A stretch of DNA of 64,000 nt from Candidatus Scatovivens sp. (GTDB lineage: Bacteria > Bacillota > Clostridia > TANB77 > CAG-508): contig JAZRKN010000015.1 of assembly GCA_045646345.1 (NCBI GenBank), forward strand, positions 128,001-192,000, given 5' to 3'. Position 1 is the stretch's first letter. Each line of letters opens with the position of its first letter. This document shows positions 12,101 through 18,954 of this stretch, piece after piece. A model generated the notes under the pieces. The model was not told the origin of the DNA. It saw only the letters and a list, made by a program, of their open reading frames with translations, and searched no databases. The position numbers were made by a program, and so were the translations under genes.

Positions 12101-12927
12101 TCTTTTAAAACCTTTTCTTCTACAACTTGATTTTCATCTATTATATTTTCTAAATTACTTGTTGTATTTTCAACAACTTTATTTTCTACGCCTTCATTTA
12201 TCGTAGTGTTTGTAACTTCATTTTTTATTTCTTCTACTGTTGTATTAGAAATTGTGTTGTTGTTTTCCACAACTGTGTTTGTTGTGACTTTATTTTCAAC
12301 TATATTTTCCACAATTTTGTTTTCGGTTGTAGAATTTGTGTTTTCTTCTACAATTATATTTTCAACAATAGTATTTGTATTATCTTCTATCGTATCAACT
12401 TCATTTGATATCTCTGCTTTATCTTCAACAATTGTATTTTCAATTGTATTTGTTATTTCTTCTTTCTCTTCTTTTTCTTGAGTTTCATTTACAATTGTAT
12501 TTGTATTATTTAATTCATTATTAGGAGTTTGATTCACATCATTATCATCAATTGTATTTGTAGGAGTAGAATCGTCATTAACTACAACATTTTCGTTGCT
12601 TGTATTACTTTCATCTTTTTGTTTTTTTAGTTCTTCTAAATCAACAATCTCATCTGAATATATATAATATTTTTTTGCTATATATCCATTTACATTTTCA
12701 GGTAATTCAATATATGAATTATTATTTTCATCAGTTAAAAGCTCCAAATCTGCATTCATTGAATTCTCTGTTCCATATTCAATAAATTTTACATTTGTTG
12801 TAATAACTTCTTCTGACTTTGTTAAAAATTCAAATTTGTGCATTACTAATAAACAGATAGCTATTAAAACCACCGTTATTACAAGTTTTGCTCGATTTGT
12901 TATTTTTTTCTTACTTTTTCTAGACAT
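3145..12927 (-). CDS. Giant (~3,260 aa) surface protein/adhesin with (V/I)(Y/F)GG(G/S) beta-solenoid repeats
   Basis: Basic N-terminus plus a single TM; N/T/E-rich stalk; dozens of (V/I)(Y/F)GG(G/S)..G.V.G repeats ~25-30 aa apart; start moved to ATG 12927 (GGGAG RBS); no LPXTG at the C-terminus. Confidence 0.8.
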   Translation of the reverse strand: MSRKSKKKITNRAKLVITVVLIAICLLVMHKFEFLTKSEEVITTNVKFIEYGTENSMNADLELLTDENNNSYIELPENVNGYIAKKYYIYSDEIVDLEELKKQKDESNTSNENVVVNDDSTPTNTIDDNDVNQTPNNELNNTNTIVNETQEKEEKEEITNTIENTIVEDKAEISNEVDTIEDNTNTIVENIIVEENTNSTTENKIVENIVENKVTTNTVVENNNTISNTTVEEIKNEVTNTTINEGVENKVVENTTSNLENIIDENQVVEEKVLKEYLPGDKVYLTEEQLEKEDLNVLAEYQTIEINGVKLYNQELVSESAEAKIVVTGYVPVGYGLNVKAEDINEIEELKADVEELKDTTVLAAYDIKILNGELEYQPKDYYQTVNVAITSVEKFKDNLIGKSIEVLHINESEDEILFEKINVSNKTIDTVECVTNEFSRYAVIKEDEITPNKVLVNNYDNDYNYYMGLNYTEDFDGRKTPYTENDMAEVTVNYYSYNTNKTEMNQIETSTVSWTRSDAGSAGGNRIVNLDIAATFGNDQYVDTTKPWTMQFKAPVPDRFNATATANDTTNNDITITYNATTQIVTVTGNNWNSWTQNTYKKYTLDIDLAYTGTGTVATFSGINTYGFKVTGTERLLIGYISTIQPTATSNGERQTLMTYTHAVPISGGKVSVELIDNPYMDRPGGAGFNGWLSADTDATHTITTNAKTYVQTVSTNVGADRKVTINLYADWQDANVIFVDTTAGAQTNDGSMTTPVNNWVGINSRLAAAYNEETDTASDRELNIIVLKNGTLSNLYETANSAYTITSIYGGQDYRENATFQVSSTITLKQDAQLAFLTVDGPANYNNNSGMGWNTDHESATADLGTWVKANAFNFRIGRGMMPDNTDETEATFTQIQGGASGNANAEYRLVIETGKYLNVQVARAGSFTGHKIAATAIIGNDFDRVRNKNDDLNIYTKFSSRTGAATLDTLYAGVPIFDMRVKSGRIGLDCFKDTDDNKPYSGIYVGGHGSTGAHDNGDRILTVEGGLICNVIGGLASYDGDDARSFIYIKGGTIVNIVGGAGRSPTYGNRVIQVTDGTILYSVNGGSNGVASTTSDNGTLNGSTKLYIGGNAVIGAEDTLTNNADRNAQGVATLYGTEAGCVLGAGNGNDDPRLMGIAGRVLSSHIIIDGNATINNSVYGGGNYGVVNSSANDDDDDNGEPVCTFEDHTNNIVSGEVYIIANGTTPNSSRIFNVNNGTLTGSYLSNTQMPTNNNLWRVTKNGNEYSFYNIGQQRYLNNDRNNLTLSGNSRTFTASVVNNGIRFYFVRNGSNRYLRINGSTITGTTTSTSNATSFRFLKAVEIEKPDDEEQEEVTAVTIEMHGGKVNKNIYGGSNQSDIVGSSTVKTYAGTINGAIYGGSNQDGDITQDTYIYINGGTIGATGDFSEDVIFGGGLGNSTSVNGDATINITDSNGTIVLNGNIYGGSEAGTVSGDSKITVSDSVSPANTILITGNIYGGGKGAENDPATTNGDTTVIVDGGTYPGISVFGGCNVNGDISGKILVEIGKTYPTTVDNVFGSGNRAAVTTNSNGVQVDIFSNANVVNAFNGGNQAGIAGTNAQVPRKITVNGGTVGNLYGGSNESGQLQATFVYVKNNAIIGNAFGGGLGTEAQINGNTLLDVIGSTITGSAYGGGSQGQVTGNTIVNVTNSNINDSLYGGGKEASVATTDINIENSIVTNNIYGGGENGAVIGNVNNKSTDVYMLAGSQAQNVFGGGKGEPATVSNITFVTIDGSNVIGDKENMDAETPATNGNVFGGGDRGLVSGGSVISILNSSTITNNIFGGGNQADLGGNTSIAVENSSAFSIYGGGNAGNVDGTTAISALGTIIDKNIYGGGNQGEVTESTSVTISDTVDNTNQTITSDIGGSVYGGGRAANVNGTTVIIQNKTQAQNVYGGGEYGEVEYGTVVEIEDSTIENSVYGGGKGADGSADATLPGQVKGSCSVEISNNSVIQNRVFGAGEGITAEVGANTQVDFYGNSSTGDDIYGGGDNGPVKGATSLYISSGNIGGNAYAAGNGVTALVDISSYLGVDGNTTIAKSAFGGGNAAETGNKYIDGATGKETGDALVIVDIAGAVIGENVYGGANSSVIYGSTVINIGLEAINDYYASTNQAARSFVRGKVDIGGTIFGGGEQMDPTKEFNYDTISVTKTILINIDGEGYETSATDTNTFNFYESVFGSGNASSANTNGDINIRNYGTREVPKRGISIQRATNVVMDNASILLNGTTDSTSAHPEGLFALNRITHLKSKNNTTLYLVNGANLLAHYSSMVGEDGNEEYATAQIIDTVVGENGTSYQVINGKIYDGRGNLEYYVSNGAIFEPNTTGIGEDIEITKIATIQNATTINRNTDNRIYMYSGRNLNISDDEEVTSKYGDVKGMTFFGIFRSSDGGEGQPGNDANSVYMGMYDPSYTTGGTLSWNERDFNRSYVLGLHERNPEQDITKDGFYTVYEKMGVELDEDDILNAENYASFSPTSYTSYITPTPKDDVYYMWYAGPDDEVFYYSFILTASKHSTFGTKELSLLGISYENAVLTLTGVDASLVNGVGLYNKNDIPNINTDQRAANNNFGLTMKTSTSGWSMSGNTDVYADAITDINHTNNTSYDGTNKYIIENLKTTPAFVFFLYHSNNITEAKELGTVQFNMGLSYWRDALNRGSARIIIDAILLSEVYDDTGYNGAIAPGTHYDLFANTVTNITTESSFSTYFEFAQENFSQIENIRNYYDDSYRVITTEYPFPIGTTITMIDRWDKNNPAYYYLDITDDEYGRVEFRLDEFKVMGSSNEKFNEKSVRENYHITENNLDYEYENFIFIANFENAEFPELPEGQTAIVKDQHFRMYLKATIDGREEILFGLLDDQIDSIVYGIYDDESTIDVNASLSKSRVFLGNDVLLKVNTVYDVKKGEQSVTIYDTRYFDKKLGVKLTFYKKNDVTDEYEVVNGANLLGTYFELNNEKYYPRADGTTRIKIAELVSNASSSIKIGTENSALATGEYQIKIESFGSADGIYYGVEASATTWVSLELINDVYGLNSTLPVEQVIIDKATGYTLDAATGKMNEVGNNMLNFDIEYLSGLNNPYITVALYRREYDESMNNPYQNDYEKVDLTEYVTNELELPVEVNQVYDEEYQEFLDSIKQFEKEYTAIDTQTIKAAVIDNTISITLNADYTLKQDLKSGTYKVVFTLYDASDEIVYKEETNDKGESTQIPFDITEYMYIGDTFSYIIIK

Positions 12928-13128
12928 CCTAGTACTCCCATTCTTAATATAATACACTCATATTCTATCATAGAACCCTCTAAAATTAAAGTATTTTTGC
13001 ATTTTGTAACATAAATGAAAAATAACTCAAAATATGCTATTTTGAGCCATTTTATGTCAATTTTTTATTTGTTTTTTTTAACCTTTTTTACATTATTTTA
13101 CCATCTTTTTCTATATTATTTCATAAGC

Positions 13129-13162
13129 AAAAAAAGCGATAGAAAATTCTATCGCTTTTTTT
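13129..13162 (-). terminator. Intrinsic terminator after putative major fibre subunit
   Basis: AAAAAAAGCGATAGAA-aa-TTCTATCGCTTTTTTT. Confidence 0.75.
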
Positions 13163-13169
13163 ATTTATT

Positions 13170-14201
13170 TTAACTAATTGGATCTAAACTAAAGCTTAAA
13201 TCATATTGGATATCTGTACCAGATGCGTTGTTTTCACAGTCAACATCTTGTCCTTCAACCCATAAATAAATTCTATATTTTGTAATACCAGCAGCTAATC
13301 CTCCATTCATTTCCATGTTTGGAATTCCAGAATTTGGTGTAGCCCAAGTTGGTTCAACAGCTTGGAATGAATTTGAATCATTAGCAGCAGTTGCATCTCC
13401 TAAAACAACACCAGTTACTTCAGCTTTAACAGCATCATATTCAATTGTAGGATTTCCAGCACCTGCAGTGATTGTTGCCCATCCTAAAGCGGCTGCGTTA
13501 TTAACACCGTTTTGAGTATGTGTATCAGCATTTGGTTCCCACATCATAACAGTTCCACCAGCAGTTGGTAACGCTTGAACTGTATTTGCATCAGCATCTG
13601 TAGCAGCTGTATTTGGTCCTTTTATTAAAGCAACACGAGCTGCATTTGCTAAACCTTTAACTGTATTTGGTTCTGTTACTGCACCTGACATATATAATTT
13701 ATCAGATTCTGTTTCAACTTTTAGAAATACATCGAATGCCATGTAATATCCTTTGTCGAACTCACCTGTTGTTGTAACTTCATCAGAAGCAACATCATTT
13801 TGTAATGTTGTAGTTAACAAATATTCACCATAGTTTGCACTACCTGTATCCATTTCAGCTTTTACATTACCATAGAACATTTTTAAATGTCCATTGTTAT
13901 CTAACTCTAATGCACTAGAAACTGGTGCCATTATTGTTGGTAATTGGTTTACTGAAGATGCATATGTATCATATGCATTAAATACATCATCTTTTGTTAA
14001 TACAGTTTTCCAAGTAATACCGTCAGCAGAAATTTGTAAACCACTTGATGTAGCAACTGTAACATCAATAGCATCGATGTTAACTGTTCTGTTGGCTGTA
14101 AACCAAGCGTATGTTGACATGATTAAAAGTACGGCTGTTAATAACAAAATCATAAGTAAATTGTTTAATCTTTGTTTACTTGCTTTTGTTTTTTTCTTCA
14201 T
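13170..14201 (-). CDS. SipW-cognate (TasA/CalY-like) fibre subunit, probable major subunit
   Basis: K-rich N-terminus, hydrophobic helix, MSTYA|WFT motif; C-terminal YRIYLWVEGQDVDC; AAGGAGG RBS before ATG 14201. Confidence 0.75.
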   Translation of the reverse strand: MKKKTKASKQRLNNLLMILLLTAVLLIMSTYAWFTANRTVNIDAIDVTVATSSGLQISADGITWKTVLTKDDVFNAYDTYASSVNQLPTIMAPVSSALELDNNGHLKMFYGNVKAEMDTGSANYGEYLLTTTLQNDVASDEVTTTGEFDKGYYMAFDVFLKVETESDKLYMSGAVTEPNTVKGLANAARVALIKGPNTAATDADANTVQALPTAGGTVMMWEPNADTHTQNGVNNAAALGWATITAGAGNPTIEYDAVKAEVTGVVLGDATAANDSNSFQAVEPTWATPNSGIPNMEMNGGLAAGITKYRIYLWVEGQDVDCENNASGTDIQYDLSFSLDPIS

Positions 14202-14215
14202 AATATCCTCCTTCA

Positions 14216-14914
14216 TTAATCAATATGCTCTTCTGTAATGTCCATATGCATTTTCATCTCGCCACCTAGAAGTGCATTCGTACAATCAGGGTCATCCCCT
14301 TCAATAAATATTACTATTGTAAACTTATCAATAGATCCAGGCGCGAAATTTTGTCTTGATTCTAGCATTACAGTATCCTCAGAATAAAAAGCTTTTGTAC
14401 CTTCTTCTGGAGCCTCAGTATGACCATTTAATTTGCCATAAACAGTTTGTTCTCCATTAAGGTATACCATAACTCTTATCGCTTCATCTACATTTAGAAT
14501 AACATCATCAACTAAAATTGAATACCAGTAGTTGATACTTTCTTTGCCTTCATTTTCAACATAAAAGGTATATGCTATATAGTTTTCCCCATTATGAGAA
14601 CCTTCTCCGGCTGTATCAAGGTCTTCTGGCAACCATTTAATTGAGATATTATCCATACCATCCATTCCAGTAGCCTCCAACCTTTTTGACACCACTTTTT
14701 CACTTAATCTTTCGTATATTACTATTCCTTTTTCCCAGCTTAAATTTTGATCCAAAATAACAGTAAAGTTACCTGCATCATAAATCATTGATAAAATAAA
14801 ATATAGTAAAATAAGAAATAGAAGCAAAATCAGTAGTGCCAATCTAATCAATCTTATTCTAAAATCGCGCTTATAAATTTTGTTAGAGGTTGTTTTAAAT
14901 TCAAACTTTGTCAT
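14216..14914 (-). CDS. Membrane-anchored protein related to the adjacent fibre subunit
   Basis: N-terminal TM without TYA-WF motif; C-terminal FTIVIFIEGDDPDC resembles YRIYLWVEGQDVDC of 13170-14201; AGGAGGTGAGG RBS. Confidence 0.65.
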   Translation of the reverse strand: MTKFEFKTTSNKIYKRDFRIRLIRLALLILLLFLILLYFILSMIYDAGNFTVILDQNLSWEKGIVIYERLSEKVVSKRLEATGMDGMDNISIKWLPEDLDTAGEGSHNGENYIAYTFYVENEGKESINYWYSILVDDVILNVDEAIRVMVYLNGEQTVYGKLNGHTEAPEEGTKAFYSEDTVMLESRQNFAPGSIDKFTIVIFIEGDDPDCTNALLGGEMKMHMDITEEHID

Positions 14915-15025
14915 TTGAACAACCTCACCTCCTAAGATTAAGCTATTATAGATTAGACATACATATTGAATTTTGCATATTCTCTAATTTATACTAATTT
15001 TAACACAATCATTTTCCATACTCAA

Positions 15026-15205
15026 TTACATTATTTTTACATTTTTTTCACATATTTGTTACATTTCTTTTGCTAATTGACTTGATTTTTCCAATATGAT
15101 AAAATCAAGAAAAATACACATGTTTGATTGATTTTCTAGTTACATTTTCTTACATATTTTACTATCATTACATCTATTCTTTTTGTTACATTAATGTAAC
15201 AAAAA
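15026..15205. promoter_or_regulatory. Phased TTACAT direct repeats and 26-bp palindrome in divergent promoter region
   Basis: TTACAT/TCACAT at 15026, 15037, 15048, 15059 (11-bp period); more at 15140, 15150, 15168; perfect palindrome TTTTTGTTACATTAATGTAACAAAAA at 15180-15205. Confidence 0.65.
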
Positions 15206-15233
15206 TCATTCAAATAATTATGGAGTTTTAATT

Positions 15234-16181
15234 ATGAAAAAAAAGAAAATTTTCAGAATAATTTTGTTAATATTAATTTTAATTTTAGCATTTTTAACAA
15301 TACGAGATACATATTCAAAATATATAACTCAAGCAGGAAATTCTTCTACTTTAAATATCTCTAAATGGAAAATTTTATTAAACGATCAAGACATTCGAAA
15401 TAATGCTGATTTTACACAAGATATTGCAATTGAATATGAAAACAACGAACATATAGCTGATGGATTTGTAGCTCCTACAACAAAAGGAAAATTCAATTTA
15501 TCATTAGAATCAACTGGAACATCATTACCATATGAATATGAAATCCAACTAACAGATGATAAACCTTATGAGGCATCGCTAAATGGAATCACTTTTGGTG
15601 ATGGTACAAATCCTTATTTATATGAAGTATTTTTAAAAGTTACCAATATACTCTCTGATTTTGATACTTGGGAAATGGAAATTGAAGTGCCAGACAATAT
15701 TATAGAAGCTAGTTCAAACTTTAGTATAGATAATTCAACTTATAATGAAACCTATACAGTTGAAAATAATATTTTAAAAATAAATTCATCTGAATCATTA
15801 TCTCAAAATGCAGAATTATCACTAAAACTTGTATTTGCATTTACAGATGATATTGATTTTGAACTTAGTAATATACGTATAAATGACGAACTTTTATACA
15901 ATCCAACAGATAGAATTGCAGACTTCAGAATCACATCATATACCATAAATGGAATAAATCGTAAAGTACCAGCACACACAAGTAAAATAACAGGACTTGT
16001 TACACCACCAGATGATTTATCTCAAGAAGTCAAGTATGATTTTTCTTTTACTGTAGAATGGTATGATGGAGATAATAATGTATATGACAATTTTAATGAT
16101 GTAGCAGCTATAAAGCAACTTTTACCAGCTACTATTCCAATTACATTGTCAGTTACTCAAGTTTTGGAGGACGCACCATAA
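15234..16181 (+). CDS. SipW-cognate fibre subunit (divergently transcribed)
   Basis: MKKKK-hydrophobic-DTYS|KYIT signal; VAP motif; VEWYD and terminal beta-strand PITLSVTQ. Confidence 0.7.
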   Translation: MKKKKIFRIILLILILILAFLTIRDTYSKYITQAGNSSTLNISKWKILLNDQDIRNNADFTQDIAIEYENNEHIADGFVAPTTKGKFNLSLESTGTSLPYEYEIQLTDDKPYEASLNGITFGDGTNPYLYEVFLKVTNILSDFDTWEMEIEVPDNIIEASSNFSIDNSTYNETYTVENNILKINSSESLSQNAELSLKLVFAFTDDIDFELSNIRINDELLYNPTDRIADFRITSYTINGINRKVPAHTSKITGLVTPPDDLSQEVKYDFSFTVEWYDGDNNVYDNFNDVAAIKQLLPATIPITLSVTQVLEDAP

Positions 16182-16201
16182 AATATAAAAAAATAATAAA
16201 C

Positions 16202-16236
16202 AAAAAGAAGTAGATTTTAAATCTACTTCTTTTTTT
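16202..16236. terminator. Bidirectional terminator between convergent subunit genes
   Basis: AAAAAGAAGTAGATTT-t-AAATCTACTTCTTTTT. Confidence 0.8.
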
Positions 16237-16253
16237 ACTTTCTAATATTCTTA

Positions 16254-17063
16254 TTATGGATTTTCTTGACTTTGAACAGCTCTTATCTTTACTTCTATCT
16301 CTATACCATATTCTCCTGGATGGTTTTGATCAAAATCATAAGCTTTATTTCCCCAATATGTATCAATCTCATCTGCAGCATCTATTACAGTTTGATCATC
16401 ACTATCTACTTCATAATCCCAATTAACTTTAAACTTTAATTCAACATCCTCACTTCCAACTTCCATTGGTACTGGTGTTCCATTATATAAAGTATCATCT
16501 ATATATATTTCTATTTTAAATGGATAAGTTTTTAATAATTCAAATAATTTTTCTGAACTATATATTTCTTGAACACCTCCATTATCGTAGGTTGTCTCTC
16601 CAGCTATATATTCATCTTCAAAAATTCTCATTGATAAAATATCACAAGAAAGTTCTGCTTCTGTTTCTCCATTATTTTTTGCATTAATTAATTGAACTTT
16701 TTCTGTCATACCTGGAAAAATTTCTCCAACCTCAAAAAGAAAATTTTCTGTTTGGTCTCCACTTGATAACTCAAAACTCCAGTTTTTTACGTGCATTGAG
16801 ATATCCATTGATACAGTTGATATATATATAAACCACGCATAAGTATTAGCAATCAATGTTAAAAGTAAAATTAAAACTGTTCTTATTTTTAATCCTGAAT
16901 TCAACATTGAGCTATATCTTTTTCGTTTTTTCTTTTTTGAACTATTTAGAGTTTTTTCTGGCTTGTTTTCATCTTCATTTTCAATTGTTTCTTCTATTGC
17001 ACTATATAAAATTTCATTTTCGATATCTTCATATAGTATAGACTCTAAATCTTGAAAATCCAT
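16254..17063 (-). CDS. SipW-cognate fibre subunit with long acidic/basic N-terminal extension
   Basis: ANTYA|WFIY motif after hydrophobic helix; IFPG; VNWDY; terminal IEVKIRAVQ; GGAAGGAG RBS before ATG 17063. Confidence 0.7.
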   Translation of the reverse strand: MDFQDLESILYEDIENEILYSAIEETIENEDENKPEKTLNSSKKKKRKRYSSMLNSGLKIRTVLILLLTLIANTYAWFIYISTVSMDISMHVKNWSFELSSGDQTENFLFEVGEIFPGMTEKVQLINAKNNGETEAELSCDILSMRIFEDEYIAGETTYDNGGVQEIYSSEKLFELLKTYPFKIEIYIDDTLYNGTPVPMEVGSEDVELKFKVNWDYEVDSDDQTVIDAADEIDTYWGNKAYDFDQNHPGEYGIEIEVKIRAVQSQENP

Positions 17064-17099
17064 AATAGCTCCTTCCATTTATAATATTAGAATTTATTT

Positions 17100-17771
17100 T
17101 TATTCTTCATCATCTTCGTCGTCTTCATCATCTTCGTCATCTTCGTCGTCTTCATCATCTTCGTCATCTTCGTCGTCTTCTTCATCTTCTTCATCTTCGT
17201 CTTCTTCGTCTTCTTCATCTTCTTCTAGTTCTTCATTTTCATCTCTACCAGATTTTAATTGCAAGAAGAATAATACCGCAAAAGGAATAAAGAATACAAC
17301 ATAAAATGCTGTCATATTATTCATCAATTTTGTCAATAAACTTATCAAAACGCATTTATATATTACTTTTCCATAAATTTGATCACCTGTAATAGTAGGA
17401 TCTTCAGCAGGATTTGCTATACCTTTTGTATGGAAAACTCTTCCTCCAATAGATTCTTCTATTTCAATAATTTGGTGTGTTACAACTCTCCCAGCAAAAG
17501 AACCATGTTCGCCTAAATAAGTTATATCATCTCCTACTTTTAGAGTATTTGGATCTTGTTCTTTTACAATTAAAACATCTCCAACTTGATATTTTGGAAT
17601 CATACTTCCTGTTGCAACATTAAATACTCTAAAACCACCAATTGTTTTTTCATTATTTGAAAATCTTTGCAATGCAAGAACTGCAATTATTATTATTAAA
17701 AAAATCGCACATAAATATTTAATAATTGAAATTATCATACCTAGTGGTTTTAAATTTAACTTTTTCTTCAT
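17100..17771 (-). CDS. sipW: Signal peptidase I, SipW/S26B type (copy 2) with poly-acidic tail
   Basis: ATGSMIP, GDVLIV, VTHQI, TKG.AN...D, IYGKV; ~45-aa D/E tail. Confidence 0.85.
   Translation of the reverse strand: MKKKLNLKPLGMIISIIKYLCAIFLIIIIAVLALQRFSNNEKTIGGFRVFNVATGSMIPKYQVGDVLIVKEQDPNTLKVGDDITYLGEHGSFAGRVVTHQIIEIEESIGGRVFHTKGIANPAEDPTITGDQIYGKVIYKCVLISLLTKLMNNMTAFYVVFFIPFAVLFFLQLKSGRDENEELEEDEEDEEDEDEEDEEDDEDDEDDEDDEDDEDDEDDEDDEE
17103..17225. repeat. Imperfect 9-nt tandem repeat (GAAGAYGAY on minus strand) encoding EDD/EDE
   Basis: Arrays of tcttcatca/tcttcgtcg/tcttcgtca. Confidence 0.8.
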
Positions 17772-17816
17772 TATACTTCCTTTAAAATTTATTTAGGATT
17801 ATGGCCCTATCACCAT

Positions 17817-18935
17817 TTATTCTCTATTAATTTGTTGAACATATTTTCCAATATGTTTTTTAAATATAGCTTGAATTTCTTTATTTGTAACTTGCTTTTT
17901 GTATTTTACTATCGTAAATTGCTTACTAACCAAATTTCTCAATTGGTCTTCCGTTATTTGATCATTAACATCAATAACTCTTTCAACAATATTAGCAATT
18001 AATTGTTCTATTATTTCTTTTTTACGTTTTTTTCTAAGTTCTGGATTCTCAACATTTTGTAAGATCAAATAATCTAATAAGAAAGTTTCATCAGCATATT
18101 TTTTTGATTTTCCTCTTTCTTTATATTCCCTTACTTTGTTGTCCATTTCCCCTTTAGATTTTACATCCATTTCATTAATAAGGAAATCCCAAAGTTTAAC
18201 TGCATATTGGAAATTAACATTTTTTAATATCATGTTTGTTTTCTTAAGAGGTGGAGTTATTAGTGTTACGTGAGCTGCTTCTAGTTCTTGATAAGTAGGA
18301 GAAAATGTTAAAGCAATAACTTCTCTTTCTAACATTTTTATTCTATCTAATAGTTCATTTCTTTCATCTTGCGCTGTTGTATTTTCAGAAGCAGATGTCA
18401 AAAGTACTTGGATATCTACTTTATTTTTTCCATTATACGAACTTCCAACATAGTCCATCTTTTTGAACTCGTTAGAACTTACAGATTTATCTTCTAATAT
18501 TTTCTTTTTTTGTTGTCTTATAATAAACAACATTCTTTGAATCAATGTATAAATAAATCTGTTCTCATAAGTATTAAATGTTTCTTCTTTAAAAACATTT
18601 AGCATTTTTCCTGGTTGAACATCACCTTCTTCAGTAACATCTTCAATAAAACCAGCATTTTTTGATAAATGTTTTATCGCTTCTACTGTAACTTTTTTTA
18701 TTTTTTCAATTTTAACAACTTCTTCTTCATTTATAATAAGCCTCATAGGGTTTCTTAAAATATTGTCTAAATACTCAATAGTATCTTCCATTTTTTCTAC
18801 CCAAAGTTCTTGATTTTTTGGCTTATCTGTTTCAACTCTAACAGTCATTTTTGAAGATAGTTTGCTATTAAATGCATTAATTTTTCTAGAATCAGTATCT
18901 GCATATAATTCAAAAACATCCAAAATTTTATCCAC
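17817..18935 (-). CDS. DUF2357-like (McrC-partner family) protein without visible PD-(D/E)XK motif
   Basis: ETFNTYENRFIYTL motif, N.NF..AVKLWDFL; directly downstream of McrB-like gene; GTG start with AAGGAGG RBS. Confidence 0.6.
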   Translation of the reverse strand: MDKILDVFELYADTDSRKINAFNSKLSSKMTVRVETDKPKNQELWVEKMEDTIEYLDNILRNPMRLIINEEEVVKIEKIKKVTVEAIKHLSKNAGFIEDVTEEGDVQPGKMLNVFKEETFNTYENRFIYTLIQRMLFIIRQQKKKILEDKSVSSNEFKKMDYVGSSYNGKNKVDIQVLLTSASENTTAQDERNELLDRIKMLEREVIALTFSPTYQELEAAHVTLITPPLKKTNMILKNVNFQYAVKLWDFLINEMDVKSKGEMDNKVREYKERGKSKKYADETFLLDYLILQNVENPELRKKRKKEIIEQLIANIVERVIDVNDQITEDQLRNLVSKQFTIVKYKKQVTNKEIQAIFKKHIGKYVQQINRE

Positions 18936-18954
18936 TGTTTCCTCCTTAGAATTA

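Noticed and set aside
6518-12785. Plus-strand ORFs inside the giant gene (PPP-rich)
   Set aside because: Antisense shadows of GGW-GGW glycine repeats; no RBS; fully overlap a long coding frame
17103-17225. Possible CRISPR array or non-coding VNTR
   Set aside because: No unique spacers; in-frame codon repeat within a CDS; no cas genes in the window
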